From Clostridia bacterium (GTDB lineage: Bacteria > Bacillota > Clostridia > Oscillospirales > CAG-272), in contig JAGBYM010000159.1 of NCBI GenBank assembly GCA_017628755.1, positions 1 to 60,408 on the forward strand: DNA of 60,408 nt, written 5' to 3'. Shown here one piece after another: positions 37,474 to 46,732 of this stretch (positions within the stretch are counted from its first letter, which is position 1; every line of letters begins with the position of its first letter). The notes under the pieces were generated by a model. The model was not told the origin of the DNA, searched no databases, and saw nothing but the letters and a program-made list of their open reading frames with translations. The translations under genes were made by a program, and so were the position numbers.

Positions 37474-38941
37474 TAAGCTTGGTGGGGTGTCGCTTGACGC
37501 CATCTTTCTGACCTTCATAAAGCTTGTCACCACGGGACTCAGCCTGATAATCACGCGTCTTTTGTCCGAATATCTTTCGGTCTACGATTACGGAGTATAT
37601 TCGCAGGCATTATTGATTGTTTCAACCGTCTCGTCCTTTACTATTTTCGGTATGATGGACGGTATAAACTATTTTTATTGCAGTGAGAGCGATATTGCAA
37701 AGAGAGAGTCGTATACCGCTACGATATTCACGATGCAATGTGCCGTCAGCGCGGCGGCGGGCGCGGGACTTTTGATCTTAAGCGTTCCGCTATGCGAATA
37801 TCTCGGCAACCCTGGAATTCAGCGTCTGCTCGTATTCGTTGCGATGCTTCCGCTGTTGCAAAACGTTCTGGGCATTATTCAGGTGCTGATGATCTCCGTC
37901 GGTAAGGCGAGAATGCTTGCCCTGCGAAATTTTGTGATTTCGGCTATCCGTCTGGCGGTCGTGTTTGTTGTTGTTACCTTTGTGCGCAACGTTGCGATCA
38001 TTCTGGCGACCACCGTTATCCTTGACATCATACAGATCGCGGTATTTCTGATCATACTGAAGAAGAACGGCTGCAACGTAAAGATGCTCAAGACTGATTT
38101 CCGCTTGGTGCCCGCAATACTGAAGTACTGTGCGCCCATGGCGGTATTTACAATAGTCAGCTCGTTAAACCGAGATATGGACAAGTATCTCGTGTCGATC
38201 ATGACGGATACAAAGACGCTCGCACTTTATGCGAACGCATCAAAACAGCTGCCGTTTGATATACTGATGACTTCTTTCTGCACCGTTTTGATCCCGTATA
38301 TAACAAAATATATTTCGGAGCAGAAAAAGAAGCAGGCTGCCGGTATCTACAAGCTGTTTTTGGAGATAACTTATATTTCCACGGCGGTGCTTTGCTGTGC
38401 GGCACTTGCGGCATCACCTCAGCTGATGAAGCTGCTCTACTCGAATAAGTATACCGAAGGAATTGAGATTTTTGTAATATACATACTTGTGGATCTCTTC
38501 CGCTTTACCAATATTACTCTTGTGCTCAGCGCCGCCGGAAAGACCAGAACGCTGATGATGATCGGTCTCGGGGCGGTGTGCTGTAATCTGGTGTTGAATC
38601 CTTTGATGTACGGTTGGTTCGGGCTCATCGGACCTGCGGTTGCAACGCTCATCGTAACCGTAATGTCGGGAATTTTGATGCTTTATTTCAATTCGAGAGC
38701 TCTTGAGTGTAAGATCACGGAATTCTTTGATATGAAATATCTGGCGTTGTTCGCCGCCGAAAGCGTTGCTTTAACAGTTGCGCTGAGCTTTCTCAGTAAG
38801 TGGCTCGACAAAATGGACGTGCATTATTTTATAATTCTGGTTTCGGTTGCGGGACTTTACGGTATAATTATGCTCGTGCTGAACGGCAAACGCCTCTTGA
38901 AGGTACTTAAAAAGGTAAACCGCAAGTCGCTTGACGGATGA
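37463..38941 (+). CDS. wzx: Oligosaccharide flippase (Wzx, MOP superfamily)
   Basis: 492 aa, about 12-14 TM, in a glycan-locus context. The start is uncertain: TTG at 37463 overlaps the upstream stop, and an in-frame GTG at 37487 is the alternative. Confidence 0.8.
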   Translation: MSHNKLGGVSLDAIFLTFIKLVTTGLSLIITRLLSEYLSVYDYGVYSQALLIVSTVSSFTIFGMMDGINYFYCSESDIAKRESYTATIFTMQCAVSAAAGAGLLILSVPLCEYLGNPGIQRLLVFVAMLPLLQNVLGIIQVLMISVGKARMLALRNFVISAIRLAVVFVVVTFVRNVAIILATTVILDIIQIAVFLIILKKNGCNVKMLKTDFRLVPAILKYCAPMAVFTIVSSLNRDMDKYLVSIMTDTKTLALYANASKQLPFDILMTSFCTVLIPYITKYISEQKKKQAAGIYKLFLEITYISTAVLCCAALAASPQLMKLLYSNKYTEGIEIFVIYILVDLFRFTNITLVLSAAGKTRTLMMIGLGAVCCNLVLNPLMYGWFGLIGPAVATLIVTVMSGILMLYFNSRALECKITEFFDMKYLALFAAESVALTVALSFLSKWLDKMDVHYFIILVSVAGLYGIIMLVLNGKRLLKVLKKVNRKSLDG

Positions 38942-38962
38942 AATCGGCATAGGAGAAAAACA

Positions 38963-39898
38963 ATGAAGGTTGCAATCCTTTTATTAGCACATAAAAATAA
39001 AGCGCAACTTGAACGGTTGCTGTCCTTGCTTGATCATGAGGACGTCGATGTTTACGTTCATCTGGATAAAAAATGCAATTTTGAACCGCAGGACATTGAT
39101 TCTCCAACAAAAGTGACTTTTACCGATAAACGTTATGACGTCGGTTTGTTTGAGTTTTCGATGGTCGATGCCGAATTTGAATTGATCAATACCGCAAAGC
39201 GCAACGGCGATTATAAATATTTCATTCTTATGAGCGGACAGTGCTATCCTCTCGACCGTATCGACAGGATCGTTTCTTATCTTGATGCGCATTATCCCGA
39301 GCCCTTTATCGAAATAATTGCGCCGACCGAGCATAATTACGTGAAAAAGAATTTCAAGCACGTATATATTTTAAAGAGATTCAAATTGAAGACCTACGAC
39401 TTTTTGAAGAAACATTTTTCTTTCAAGGGTTACAGAGTTCTCAGGTATATCCCCGGCGGATTCGTTTTTGCTGTATCCACTCTTAAAGAGCTTTTTGTGA
39501 AATCGCCAAAGAGAAGGCTTGAAAAGATGGGGTATTCCGTGTACTGCGGTTCTCAATGGTGGATTCTGCCCGATCACATTATAGAAAAAGCCGAGTCGGC
39601 TTATAATGACAAAGCGTTTTGCAAAGCGGTAAGCGATACTTTCAGCTGTGACGAGACCTTCTTCCAGACGGTTATTATGAATCATCAGAAGGAGTGCGGC
39701 GTAGAGTTGGATTCGGATAACAATTTTGTGAACAGAAAATGGTTTTATATTTTTGACGGCGGCCATCCGATCACGCTGACGAAGTCTCAAGCAGATCAGA
39801 TCAAGGAATCGGGAATGCTGTTTGCCAGAAAATTTGATATCGACGTTGACAGCAAGGTTCTCGACGAGATAGACTGTAATATAAAAACCTTGGAGTGA
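38963..39898 (+). CDS. Glycosyltransferase family 14 (Core-2/I-branching, Branch domain)
   Basis: 311 aa. N-terminus MKVAILLLAHKNKAQLERLLSLL, plus FILMSGQCYPL and GSQWWIL motifs characteristic of Branch-family enzymes. Confidence 0.8.
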   Translation: MKVAILLLAHKNKAQLERLLSLLDHEDVDVYVHLDKKCNFEPQDIDSPTKVTFTDKRYDVGLFEFSMVDAEFELINTAKRNGDYKYFILMSGQCYPLDRIDRIVSYLDAHYPEPFIEIIAPTEHNYVKKNFKHVYILKRFKLKTYDFLKKHFSFKGYRVLRYIPGGFVFAVSTLKELFVKSPKRRLEKMGYSVYCGSQWWILPDHIIEKAESAYNDKAFCKAVSDTFSCDETFFQTVIMNHQKECGVELDSDNNFVNRKWFYIFDGGHPITLTKSQADQIKESGMLFARKFDIDVDSKVLDEIDCNIKTLE

Positions 39899-39900
39899 CA

Positions 39901-40698
39901 ATGAATAAAATAGAAAATCTTTTACTCCCCCTGATCCGTGAGGCGGGAAAGATTATGACAGGTGCGCGAGAGATCGAGGACACCGTCAGCGAAAAGGGCG
40001 GAGACAGCGCGAATATGGTAACGGTCTATGACGTTGCCGTTCAGAATTTTTTGATGCAGGAGATATCGAAGATCATTCCCGATGCCTTTTTCTTCGCGGA
40101 AGAAAAGGAAAACAACGCAGAGGATCTCATGCGCGATCACTGCTTTGTCATCGACCCAATCGACGGAACGACCAATTTCGTTCATGATTACCGTTATTCC
40201 TGCATTTCTGTTGCGATGTTCTCGAAGGGGGACGTCAAGTTCGCCGCAGTTTACGATCCTTATGCCGACGAAATGTTCTCGGCTGTGAAGGGCGGCGGAG
40301 CCTTCCTCAACGGCGAGCCGATGAAGGTATCCGACCGCGATATGGCGCATTCGATCGTGGCATTCGGAACCTGCCCGCATATGAAAAAGAAGATGGGTGA
40401 GCAGAGCTTCCGTCTGGCGTACGCGCTTTACAGCGAGTGCAGCGATGTTCGTCGCCCCGGCGCGGCGGCTCTTGACATTGCGCACCTTGCCGCAGGCAGA
40501 AACGATATCTTTTTTGAGCTTCTGCTTTCTCCCTGGGACTTTGCCGCGGGCTCGCTTCTCGTTAAGGAAGCGGGCGGAATTATCACAAATTCCGGCGGCG
40601 AGAAGATAGATTTCTCCGCACCCTCGCCCGTTTTTGCCGCTAATCCCAAAGTATGGAGCAGATTTTTTGAGATCGTAAAAAATACAATTGATATATAA
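39901..40698 (+). CDS. Inositol monophosphatase family protein (SuhB-like)
   Basis: 265 aa. FVIDPIDGTTNF and the WDFAAG motif. Confidence 0.9.
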   Translation: MNKIENLLLPLIREAGKIMTGAREIEDTVSEKGGDSANMVTVYDVAVQNFLMQEISKIIPDAFFFAEEKENNAEDLMRDHCFVIDPIDGTTNFVHDYRYSCISVAMFSKGDVKFAAVYDPYADEMFSAVKGGGAFLNGEPMKVSDRDMAHSIVAFGTCPHMKKKMGEQSFRLAYALYSECSDVRRPGAAALDIAHLAAGRNDIFFELLLSPWDFAAGSLLVKEAGGIITNSGGEKIDFSAPSPVFAANPKVWSRFFEIVKNTIDI

Positions 40699-40733
40699 AA
40701 AATTACTCACCCGAATTCGGGTGAGTAAAAATA
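40697..40733. terminator. Bidirectional terminator between convergent genes
   Basis: AAAAA-TTACTCACCCG-aatt-CGGGTGAGTAA-AAATAT. Confidence 0.6.
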
Positions 40734-40735
40734 TA

Positions 40736-41170
40736 TTATTTTGATTCGTATTCGTAAATTCTCGCGAGCTTGGGTGCGGAACGGCTGTTTTCGTCGTAGG
40801 TGACCGAAAGGTACTCTTTTACGATGCACTTGGCAAGCTCATTGCCGACGACCTGTGAGCCGAGGGTGATGATGTTTGCGTGGTTGGAAAGCTCTGCGCG
40901 CTGTGCTTGATAAACGTCATGGACGCATGCGGCGTAAGCGCCCTTTACCTTGTTTGCGGCGATCGAAACACCGATGCCTGTGCCGCAGATAAGTATTCCG
41001 CGGTCGTGCTTTTTAGCAGCTACAGCCTCGGCAACCTCAAAGGCAACGTTGGCGTAGATTGTGTCGTCGCTTCCAAAGTCACAAACCTCGTGACCGAGAG
41101 AGCGTACGAACTCGATAAGTTCCAGTTTAAGTGCCGCGGCATTAGGGTCGCAGCCAAAAGCGATCTTCAT
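40736..41170 (-). CDS. rpiB: Ribose-5-phosphate isomerase B
   Basis: 144 aa from MKIAFGCDPNAAALK. ILICGTGIGVSIAANK and GARVIG-like LGSQVVG motifs. The 32-codon upstream extension in the ORF track looks non-coding. Confidence 0.9.
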   Translation of the reverse strand: MKIAFGCDPNAAALKLELIEFVRSLGHEVCDFGSDDTIYANVAFEVAEAVAAKKHDRGILICGTGIGVSIAANKVKGAYAACVHDVYQAQRAELSNHANIITLGSQVVGNELAKCIVKEYLSVTYDENSRSAPKLARIYEYESK

Positions 41171-41404
41171 GTTCTTTCTCCAGATAGATGATTTACGCAG
41201 TCGGAGATGACAAAATACAGGGCTTCTGCGCACATATATTATAGCATAATCGGAAGGGAAATTCAATAGGAAACAATTATTTTTGCTTTGAAAATATTGA
41301 AGAACAAACTAAACCGCTGTGTCGATGATGCGGCGGTTTTTGCAGAGCGGAATCCAATGTAAAAGTCTTTGTTGAGATAATATTATTTATCCATCGTCAA
41401 TCTC

Positions 41405-41433
41405 TTGACAATTCAAGAAAAAGAGGTTATAAT
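41405..41433 (+). promoter_or_regulatory. Sigma-A type promoter
   Basis: TTGACA (41405-41410), 17-nt spacer, TATAAT (41428-41433). Confidence 0.5.
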
Positions 41434-41471
41434 TAGTGTGACAAGAATACAATTTTCGGGAGGCCAGTTTT

Positions 41472-42854
41472 ATGTTTGGAAAATGGATATGGGGAGGCAC
41501 CGTAGCCGACCTCGGGACCGACGGTGCTGAAATCATCGCATCAAGATGTGCCGACGAGGGTATAACCGATCTTTACCTGCTTGTCAAAGGTACGGGCGGA
41601 AAGCTCAGTTACCTTAAAACTCAATATACAGATATTCTGAGCCGTAAGGACCGCGATGTCCTGCAGGAAACCATAGATGCCGCACACAAAAGAGGCATCC
41701 GCGTTCACGCGTGGATCTGCGTTATGCGCGATGAGACCTACAAAGCCAACCACAACGACGCGGGAGTGTGGCAGTACGTTCGCGGGCGCGACAACAAGTT
41801 CATCACTCCCTACAACGAGGGCTACCGCGAATATATCGGAAACGTAGCAAAAGAGCTTGCCGCATACGGTATTGACGGACTTCACCTCGACTACTTCCGC
41901 TACAACCACAACGCTAACGGATGGAGCTCGGAGGATTTTGAAAGGCTCGCCGCAATGGGTGCTGACCTCGAGCGCGTAAAAGAGCTTATTGAAACAACCA
42001 ATGGCTATAACGGTCGCGTCGAGGATCAGAATTACGTTTTAAACGCATACAGAAACAATGATCCCGATGCCATTATCATCTCAAAATACCGCACGAAGAA
42101 TATAAGAGAGCTTGCAGAGCACATAATCAAAGAAGCGAAAACGGTAAATCCAAATCTCATATTCAGCGGTGCGACAATGCCCGAGGGCGCATATGATAGC
42201 GGCTACGCGGGGCTGAATTACGGTCAAAGCTATGATGATGCCGCAAAGCTTTACGATTACATCTGCCCCATGGCTTATTCCGGAACCTACGGTAAGCCTG
42301 AAACTTGGGTGGTCGACGTTGCCGAGAAAGCCATCGCCAAGGGAAATCGTGTCGTTATGGGTATTCAGGCGTTCGATGAAGCGACGTCCGATCGCATTAT
42401 GGCTGAGACGGAAAACCTCCGCGAGCTTATGAGGAATCCGACTTACGCAAAAGATATGCTTGGTGTGGCGTTCTTCCGCTCAGGAACCTTCGATTACGCC
42501 AAGGCGACCTACGATAACGCAAACAAGAGAATCACCGTAAAGATCGGAAACACCGGTTCTTCCGCTTACACCAAAATTTGCGTTGAAGGCAAGAACGGAA
42601 TCAAATTTACGAATGCCGCTATCGGTGAAGGATTTGACCGTAATGCGACCGCATCGGTAGCGTCGAACGGATCAAGCGTTGTCTTTGAGGGTGACGAGCT
42701 TCTTCCGGTAGATAAGATCGGTTATCTCTGTCTGGAATACGAGGGCGATATCGATCCGGCAAGGCTGCCCCTACTTGTCCACATTTACCGCTCAAGCGAC
42801 GAGATGCGCATATATACCGCAGTCTGGGATGCGAACGCAGACAACTATAATTAA
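41472..42854 (+). CDS. Cytoplasmic TIM-barrel glycoside-hydrolase-like protein (GHL10/DUF4015-type, tentative)
   Basis: 460 aa with no signal peptide. GIRVHAWI and GIDGLHLDYFRY resemble GHL-family barrels. The C-terminal ~120 aa look like a beta-sandwich. Confidence 0.5.
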   Translation: MFGKWIWGGTVADLGTDGAEIIASRCADEGITDLYLLVKGTGGKLSYLKTQYTDILSRKDRDVLQETIDAAHKRGIRVHAWICVMRDETYKANHNDAGVWQYVRGRDNKFITPYNEGYREYIGNVAKELAAYGIDGLHLDYFRYNHNANGWSSEDFERLAAMGADLERVKELIETTNGYNGRVEDQNYVLNAYRNNDPDAIIISKYRTKNIRELAEHIIKEAKTVNPNLIFSGATMPEGAYDSGYAGLNYGQSYDDAAKLYDYICPMAYSGTYGKPETWVVDVAEKAIAKGNRVVMGIQAFDEATSDRIMAETENLRELMRNPTYAKDMLGVAFFRSGTFDYAKATYDNANKRITVKIGNTGSSAYTKICVEGKNGIKFTNAAIGEGFDRNATASVASNGSSVVFEGDELLPVDKIGYLCLEYEGDIDPARLPLLVHIYRSSDEMRIYTAVWDANADNYN

Positions 42855-42880
42855 TCTACATTATTTCAAGAGGTCACTGC

Positions 42881-43624
42881 ATGAATCTCTACGATATATT
42901 AAAAGGTAAAAAACTCTCCGTCTTTGGCGCAAGCATGTGTACCTACGACGGCTACTCGAACAACATCTCGCACAATTCCACCATCGGGCATAACAAGCAG
43001 TATTACGGCACACCCTCGTCCGAGAACGTAAAATGCCGCGATCTGACCGTCTCCGAAACGTTTTGGGGTATCCTTCTCGAAAAATACGGCATGGAGCTCT
43101 GCGTAAACAACTCCTGGAGCGGGTCGAAAATACTTGACGACAATCCCGCCGCCGCGGGCTGGAACACACGCCCGACCGAGCTTCACAGAAATGATGGAAC
43201 CGAACCCGATCTAATCGTCTCCTTCATGGGCAACAACGATTTTACCAAGGAACGTCCCGCGGGCGAGGTCACGGATGACCTTTTCGACCGCGTGAGTGCT
43301 CCCGATTTCGTTCCCTCGACCTTTGCCGAGGGCTACGCCACGATGCTCTCGAAGATCTGCGGACGCTATAGAGACGCCAAGGTTTTCCTCTTCAATATGG
43401 CGTGGAGAACCGAAGAGAAGAGCGAATTGCTTCTCAAGTATAACGAGATCATCGAAAAATGCGCCGCGCATTACGGTGCATATATCGTCCGTCTCACCGA
43501 AAGCCGCATGAGCTCTCTCGATTACGCGAAATACACCTGCGACGGAAAACTCCACCCGAACGCCGAGGGCATGGCGATCTGGGCGGAGCTTATCGAGGAT
43601 GCAATGAAAACTGCATATAACTAA
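42881..43624 (+). CDS. SGNH/GDSL-type hydrolase
   Basis: 247 aa. Block I-like FGASM, block III MGNNDF and block V DGKLHPN. Confidence 0.7.
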   Translation: MNLYDILKGKKLSVFGASMCTYDGYSNNISHNSTIGHNKQYYGTPSSENVKCRDLTVSETFWGILLEKYGMELCVNNSWSGSKILDDNPAAAGWNTRPTELHRNDGTEPDLIVSFMGNNDFTKERPAGEVTDDLFDRVSAPDFVPSTFAEGYATMLSKICGRYRDAKVFLFNMAWRTEEKSELLLKYNEIIEKCAAHYGAYIVRLTESRMSSLDYAKYTCDGKLHPNAEGMAIWAELIEDAMKTAYN

Positions 43625-43651
43625 AAAAGATGGCGAAAGCCATCTTTTTTA
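43623..43651. terminator. Bidirectional terminator between convergent genes
   Basis: AAAAAGATGGC-gaaa-GCCATCTTTTT. Confidence 0.65.
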
Positions 43652-43852
43652 TTCCTTCCTATATTCAATAAAATCCTCAACCTGGCAGTCGAGGGCGGAG
43701 CAGATCTTATCGAGAATATAGCTGTCGTAACGGACCACGCGGTTTTTATAATAATTATCTATGATCTGGAATTTGATGCCCGTGCGCTTTGCCAGCTCAT
43801 AGCGGGTAATATTCTTTTCGTCAAGCAATTTATCAAGGGTTAAAATTATCAT
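43649..43852 (-). CDS. Small XRE-family helix-turn-helix regulator
   Basis: 67 aa. LDKLLDEKNITRYELAKRTGIKFQIIDNYYKN forms an HTH. Divergent from the sipW operon across 332 bp of AT-rich DNA. Confidence 0.85.
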   Translation of the reverse strand: MIILTLDKLLDEKNITRYELAKRTGIKFQIIDNYYKNRVVRYDSYILDKICSALDCQVEDFIEYRKE

Positions 43853-43863
43853 GCAATCACCTC

Positions 43864-43935
43864 GGTATATATTTTAATGGATATATACTCAATTGACAAT
43901 CTCCTTGATAAGGTATACACCTGAATAGGTATATA
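43864..43935. promoter_or_regulatory. Four GG(T/A)TATAYA boxes in two pairs (candidate operator sites)
   Basis: GGTATATA 43864-43871, GGATATATA 43879-43887, GGTATACA 43912-43919, GGTATATA 43928-43935. Spacing within each pair is 15-16 bp. Confidence 0.3.
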
Positions 43936-44051
43936 TTCCTTACATTAAATGTAAAATAGGCTTGCATGCACTACATATTGTGTTTGTGGCGAATATTTGG
44001 CACAAGTGTACAAAATAATTATGAAATATTAATTATTTTTTACTTTTTCTA

Positions 44052-44080
44052 TTGCAATTGTGAAAATATTATGATATAAT
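44052..44080 (+). promoter_or_regulatory. Sigma-A type promoter for the sipW operon
   Basis: TTGCAA (44052-44057), 17-nt spacer, TGaTATAAT (44072-44080). Leaves a ~100-nt leader. Confidence 0.5.
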
Positions 44081-44184
44081 AGTATTTATCAAAATTGTAT
44101 CCAATGGAAATATGGAAAGATTTGGAAAAATTCGCCTGACTTTCAAATAAATGTAACTGATGGCAGTAAAAGGGAGGAGAAGAA

Positions 44185-44775
44185 TTGAAGCAAACTTTAA
44201 AGAAAATTTGGAATATCGTTTCAACGGTACTTGTTGTCGTTGTAGTGGTATTTGCGATCCTTTTGGTAGGTCTGCGATTTGTCGGAGTGCAGGTATACTC
44301 GGTCATATCGGGATCGATGGAGCCGGAATATCCGGTCGGCGCGCTGATCTACGTTAAGGAAGTGGACGCATATGAGGTTGAGGTCGGCGACGTAATCACC
44401 TTTGTGCTCTCAAACGATATGCCTGCAACGCACCGCGTAATAGATATTGATTACGAAACTCAGCATTTCTATACGCGCGGAGACGCGAACTACAGCATAG
44501 ACGAAGCGACAGGCGAAAAGGTCTATACAGAGGACCCGGCCGTACACTTCAAGAACCTTATCGGAAAGCCGGTATTCACAATACCGCTTCTCGGATACGT
44601 CGCGTATTATATCCAGCACCCGCCGGGAATGTATATCGCACTCGCGGTCGGAGCAATAATCCTCGCGCTTGCCTTCCTGCCCGATATCTTTGCAAAATCG
44701 GATAAGAAGAAAACTCCCGCGGAGGACAACCCCGCACCCACCCCCGCCGAAGACGGCGACAAAAACGATGGCTAA
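44185..44775 (+). CDS. sipW: SipW-type (archaeal/ER-type, S26B) signal peptidase I
   Basis: 196 aa with a TTG start after AGGGAGGAG. N-terminal TM, catalytic SGSMEP, THRV His box and GDAN. A second TM and a charged Pro/Ala/Asp tail follow. Confidence 0.85.
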   Translation: MKQTLKKIWNIVSTVLVVVVVVFAILLVGLRFVGVQVYSVISGSMEPEYPVGALIYVKEVDAYEVEVGDVITFVLSNDMPATHRVIDIDYETQHFYTRGDANYSIDEATGEKVYTEDPAVHFKNLIGKPVFTIPLLGYVAYYIQHPPGMYIALAVGAIILALAFLPDIFAKSDKKKTPAEDNPAPTPAEDGDKNDG

Positions 44776-44838
44776 GCCGCAAGGCTCCATAATAAAACAG
44801 AAAAAATTTAAATTTTCATTTTAAAGGAGGTTTTCAAA

Positions 44839-45453
44839 ATGAAAACAAGAACCAAAGCATTACTTCTCGTAATGTCCGCACTGCTGCTCGTAGTCAGCAC
44901 AGTATTCGCAACCATGGCGTATCTTACATCATCTGTTAAGATCACCAACACTTTTACCGTTGGTAATGTAACTATTACTATGGATGAAACCGATGTTAAC
45001 GCTTATGGCGACTCCAACGGAACTCGTTCTGCAAATGGCAACCAATACAAACTCATTCCCGGTCATCGATATATCAAGGATCCTATTATTCACGTTGTAG
45101 CCGGAAGTGAAGAGTGCTATCTTTTTGTAAAGCTTGAAGACGGACTTGCTGATATTCAGGATGCTGATACTATTGCTACACAGATGGTAGCGGCGGGTTG
45201 GGAGAAGGTTTCTAGTGCTACTAATGTTTGGGTTTATACAAAGACCGCAACTCATACTGTCGATGCTAGAAACGAAGCGAAGGATGTACCGCTTTTCACT
45301 TATTTTAAACTTTTAGGAACTGCAGACGTTGCAAGTTATGGTTCAGCAAATATTACTGTTCAGGCTTGCGCAATCCAGGCGGATGGCTTCCCCACTTGGA
45401 ACGATGCATGGACAACCGGACTTTCTTCTACTTTCCCCACTGTTAGCCCGTAA
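44839..45453 (+). CDS. TasA/camelysin/BsaA-like SipW-substrate protein, paralogue 1
   Basis: 204 aa. Signal peptide then ATMAYLTSSVKITNTFTVGNVTITMDE. Also KLIPGHRYIKDPIIHV and C-terminal ACAIQ. Confidence 0.75.
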   Translation: MKTRTKALLLVMSALLLVVSTVFATMAYLTSSVKITNTFTVGNVTITMDETDVNAYGDSNGTRSANGNQYKLIPGHRYIKDPIIHVVAGSEECYLFVKLEDGLADIQDADTIATQMVAAGWEKVSSATNVWVYTKTATHTVDARNEAKDVPLFTYFKLLGTADVASYGSANITVQACAIQADGFPTWNDAWTTGLSSTFPTVSP

Positions 45454-45488
45454 TTTTGATTGTTAAGTAAAGAGAGGAATATTTAATA

Positions 45489-46058
45489 ATGAAAAAGAAA
45501 CTTATGGCTGTAGCGCTTGCTACAATTATTGCCGTTATGGCAGTTGCCGGCGCTTCTCTGGCGTGGTTGACAGATTCTTCTGAAAAAGTAGAAAACACCT
45601 TTACTGTTGGTAATATCACAATCGAACTTAAAGAAACCACTTCTAATTATAAGGTTGTTCCCGGTGGAACAGATAATAAGAACCCGAGCGTTACTGTAAA
45701 GGAAAAAAGCGAAAAATGCTATGTTTACGTACTGATTGATAACCAGCTTGCAATTGGTGGTGTTACTGTAGCTACTCTCGATATAAATAGTACTAATTGG
45801 ATAGCAGTATCAACAACTGGCACACAGACCCTTTACCGTTACAAAGAGGTTGTCGATGCATCTTCTGCAGATGTAACACATCCGGTGTTTACTACTGTTG
45901 AGTATAATGGAACACTTATTACTTCTGATAATATCAATGATTTGGCAGCCAAGAAAATTGTATTGAAAGCGTTTGCTCACCAGTCCGATAACACAACACA
46001 GGATGTAGCTGATACTGCCGCCAAGACATGGGCCCAAACTGCTTTTACGACTCCGTAA
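45489..46058 (+). CDS. TasA/camelysin/BsaA-like SipW-substrate protein, paralogue 2
   Basis: 189 aa. ASLAWLTDSSEKVENTFTVGNITIELKE, KVVPGGTDNKNPSVTV and C-terminal AFAHQ. Confidence 0.75.
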   Translation: MKKKLMAVALATIIAVMAVAGASLAWLTDSSEKVENTFTVGNITIELKETTSNYKVVPGGTDNKNPSVTVKEKSEKCYVYVLIDNQLAIGGVTVATLDINSTNWIAVSTTGTQTLYRYKEVVDASSADVTHPVFTTVEYNGTLITSDNINDLAAKKIVLKAFAHQSDNTTQDVADTAAKTWAQTAFTTP

Positions 46059-46077
46059 TATTTTTTGAATCAATATT

Positions 46078-46695
46078 ATGAAAAAGAAAATAGTTTTAAT
46101 CGCCATATACGTACTTACCCTCGCGCTTCTTGTTGCGTCGGGTAGTACGATAGCTTGGTTGATTGCAGAGTCCGGTACGGTTACAAATACATTTACTCCG
46201 AGTAATATTAATATTACTTTGAGCGAAACAACCCCGGATACGCTCAAAATGATTCCCGGAACTACTATAGAAAAAAATCCCCAGGTTACTGTTGCGGCGA
46301 ATAGCGAAGCTTGTTGGCTTTTTGTGAAGATTGAAGAAACAGATAATTTTGATACTTATATGCAATACCTCATTGACACCGGTTGGAAGTTTTATAGTTC
46401 CGGAGTTGATGGTGTAAATATTGATACTGTTGCTAATGACAAGTATATAATTTATCGTGAAGTGCCCTCGTCTTCTTCTATTCAAGAATTTTATATTCTT
46501 AAAGATAATGATGTATTAGTTCCCGGTACTGTTACAAAAGAAGATATGAATCTTTTGTACAATTCGGATGGAACATTCAAAACCGAGGTTCTGCCTAAGT
46601 TGAAGTTTACAGCGGCTGCTATTCAGAAGGAAAACATTGCTGATGTTACAACTGCTTTTGGTAGCTTACCGTCAGTATTTACCACGATTTCGTAA
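46078..46695 (+). CDS. TasA/camelysin/BsaA-like SipW-substrate protein, paralogue 3
   Basis: 205 aa. STIAWLIAESGTVTNTFTPSNINITLSE, KMIPGTTIEKNPQVTV and C-terminal AAAIQ. No obvious SD upstream. Confidence 0.65.
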   Translation: MKKKIVLIAIYVLTLALLVASGSTIAWLIAESGTVTNTFTPSNINITLSETTPDTLKMIPGTTIEKNPQVTVAANSEACWLFVKIEETDNFDTYMQYLIDTGWKFYSSGVDGVNIDTVANDKYIIYREVPSSSSIQEFYILKDNDVLVPGTVTKEDMNLLYNSDGTFKTEVLPKLKFTAAAIQKENIADVTTAFGSLPSVFTTIS

Positions 46696-46732
46696 CTAAT
46701 CTACCACATAATTTCAGAAAGGAATTTTTAAA

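Noticed and set aside
41300-41345. Hairpin AAACCGC...GCGGTTTTT in the rpiB upstream region, as a possible terminator.
   Set aside because: No gene ends here on either strand, and the stem is short with a 15-nt loop. It may be fortuitous or a small regulatory element, but I cannot support it.
44160-44357. 65-aa ORF overlapping the sipW start in another frame.
   Set aside because: It overlaps the well-supported sipW frame (TM helix plus SGSMEP). Its sequence is Arg/Gly-rich with no RBS, so it is probably spurious.
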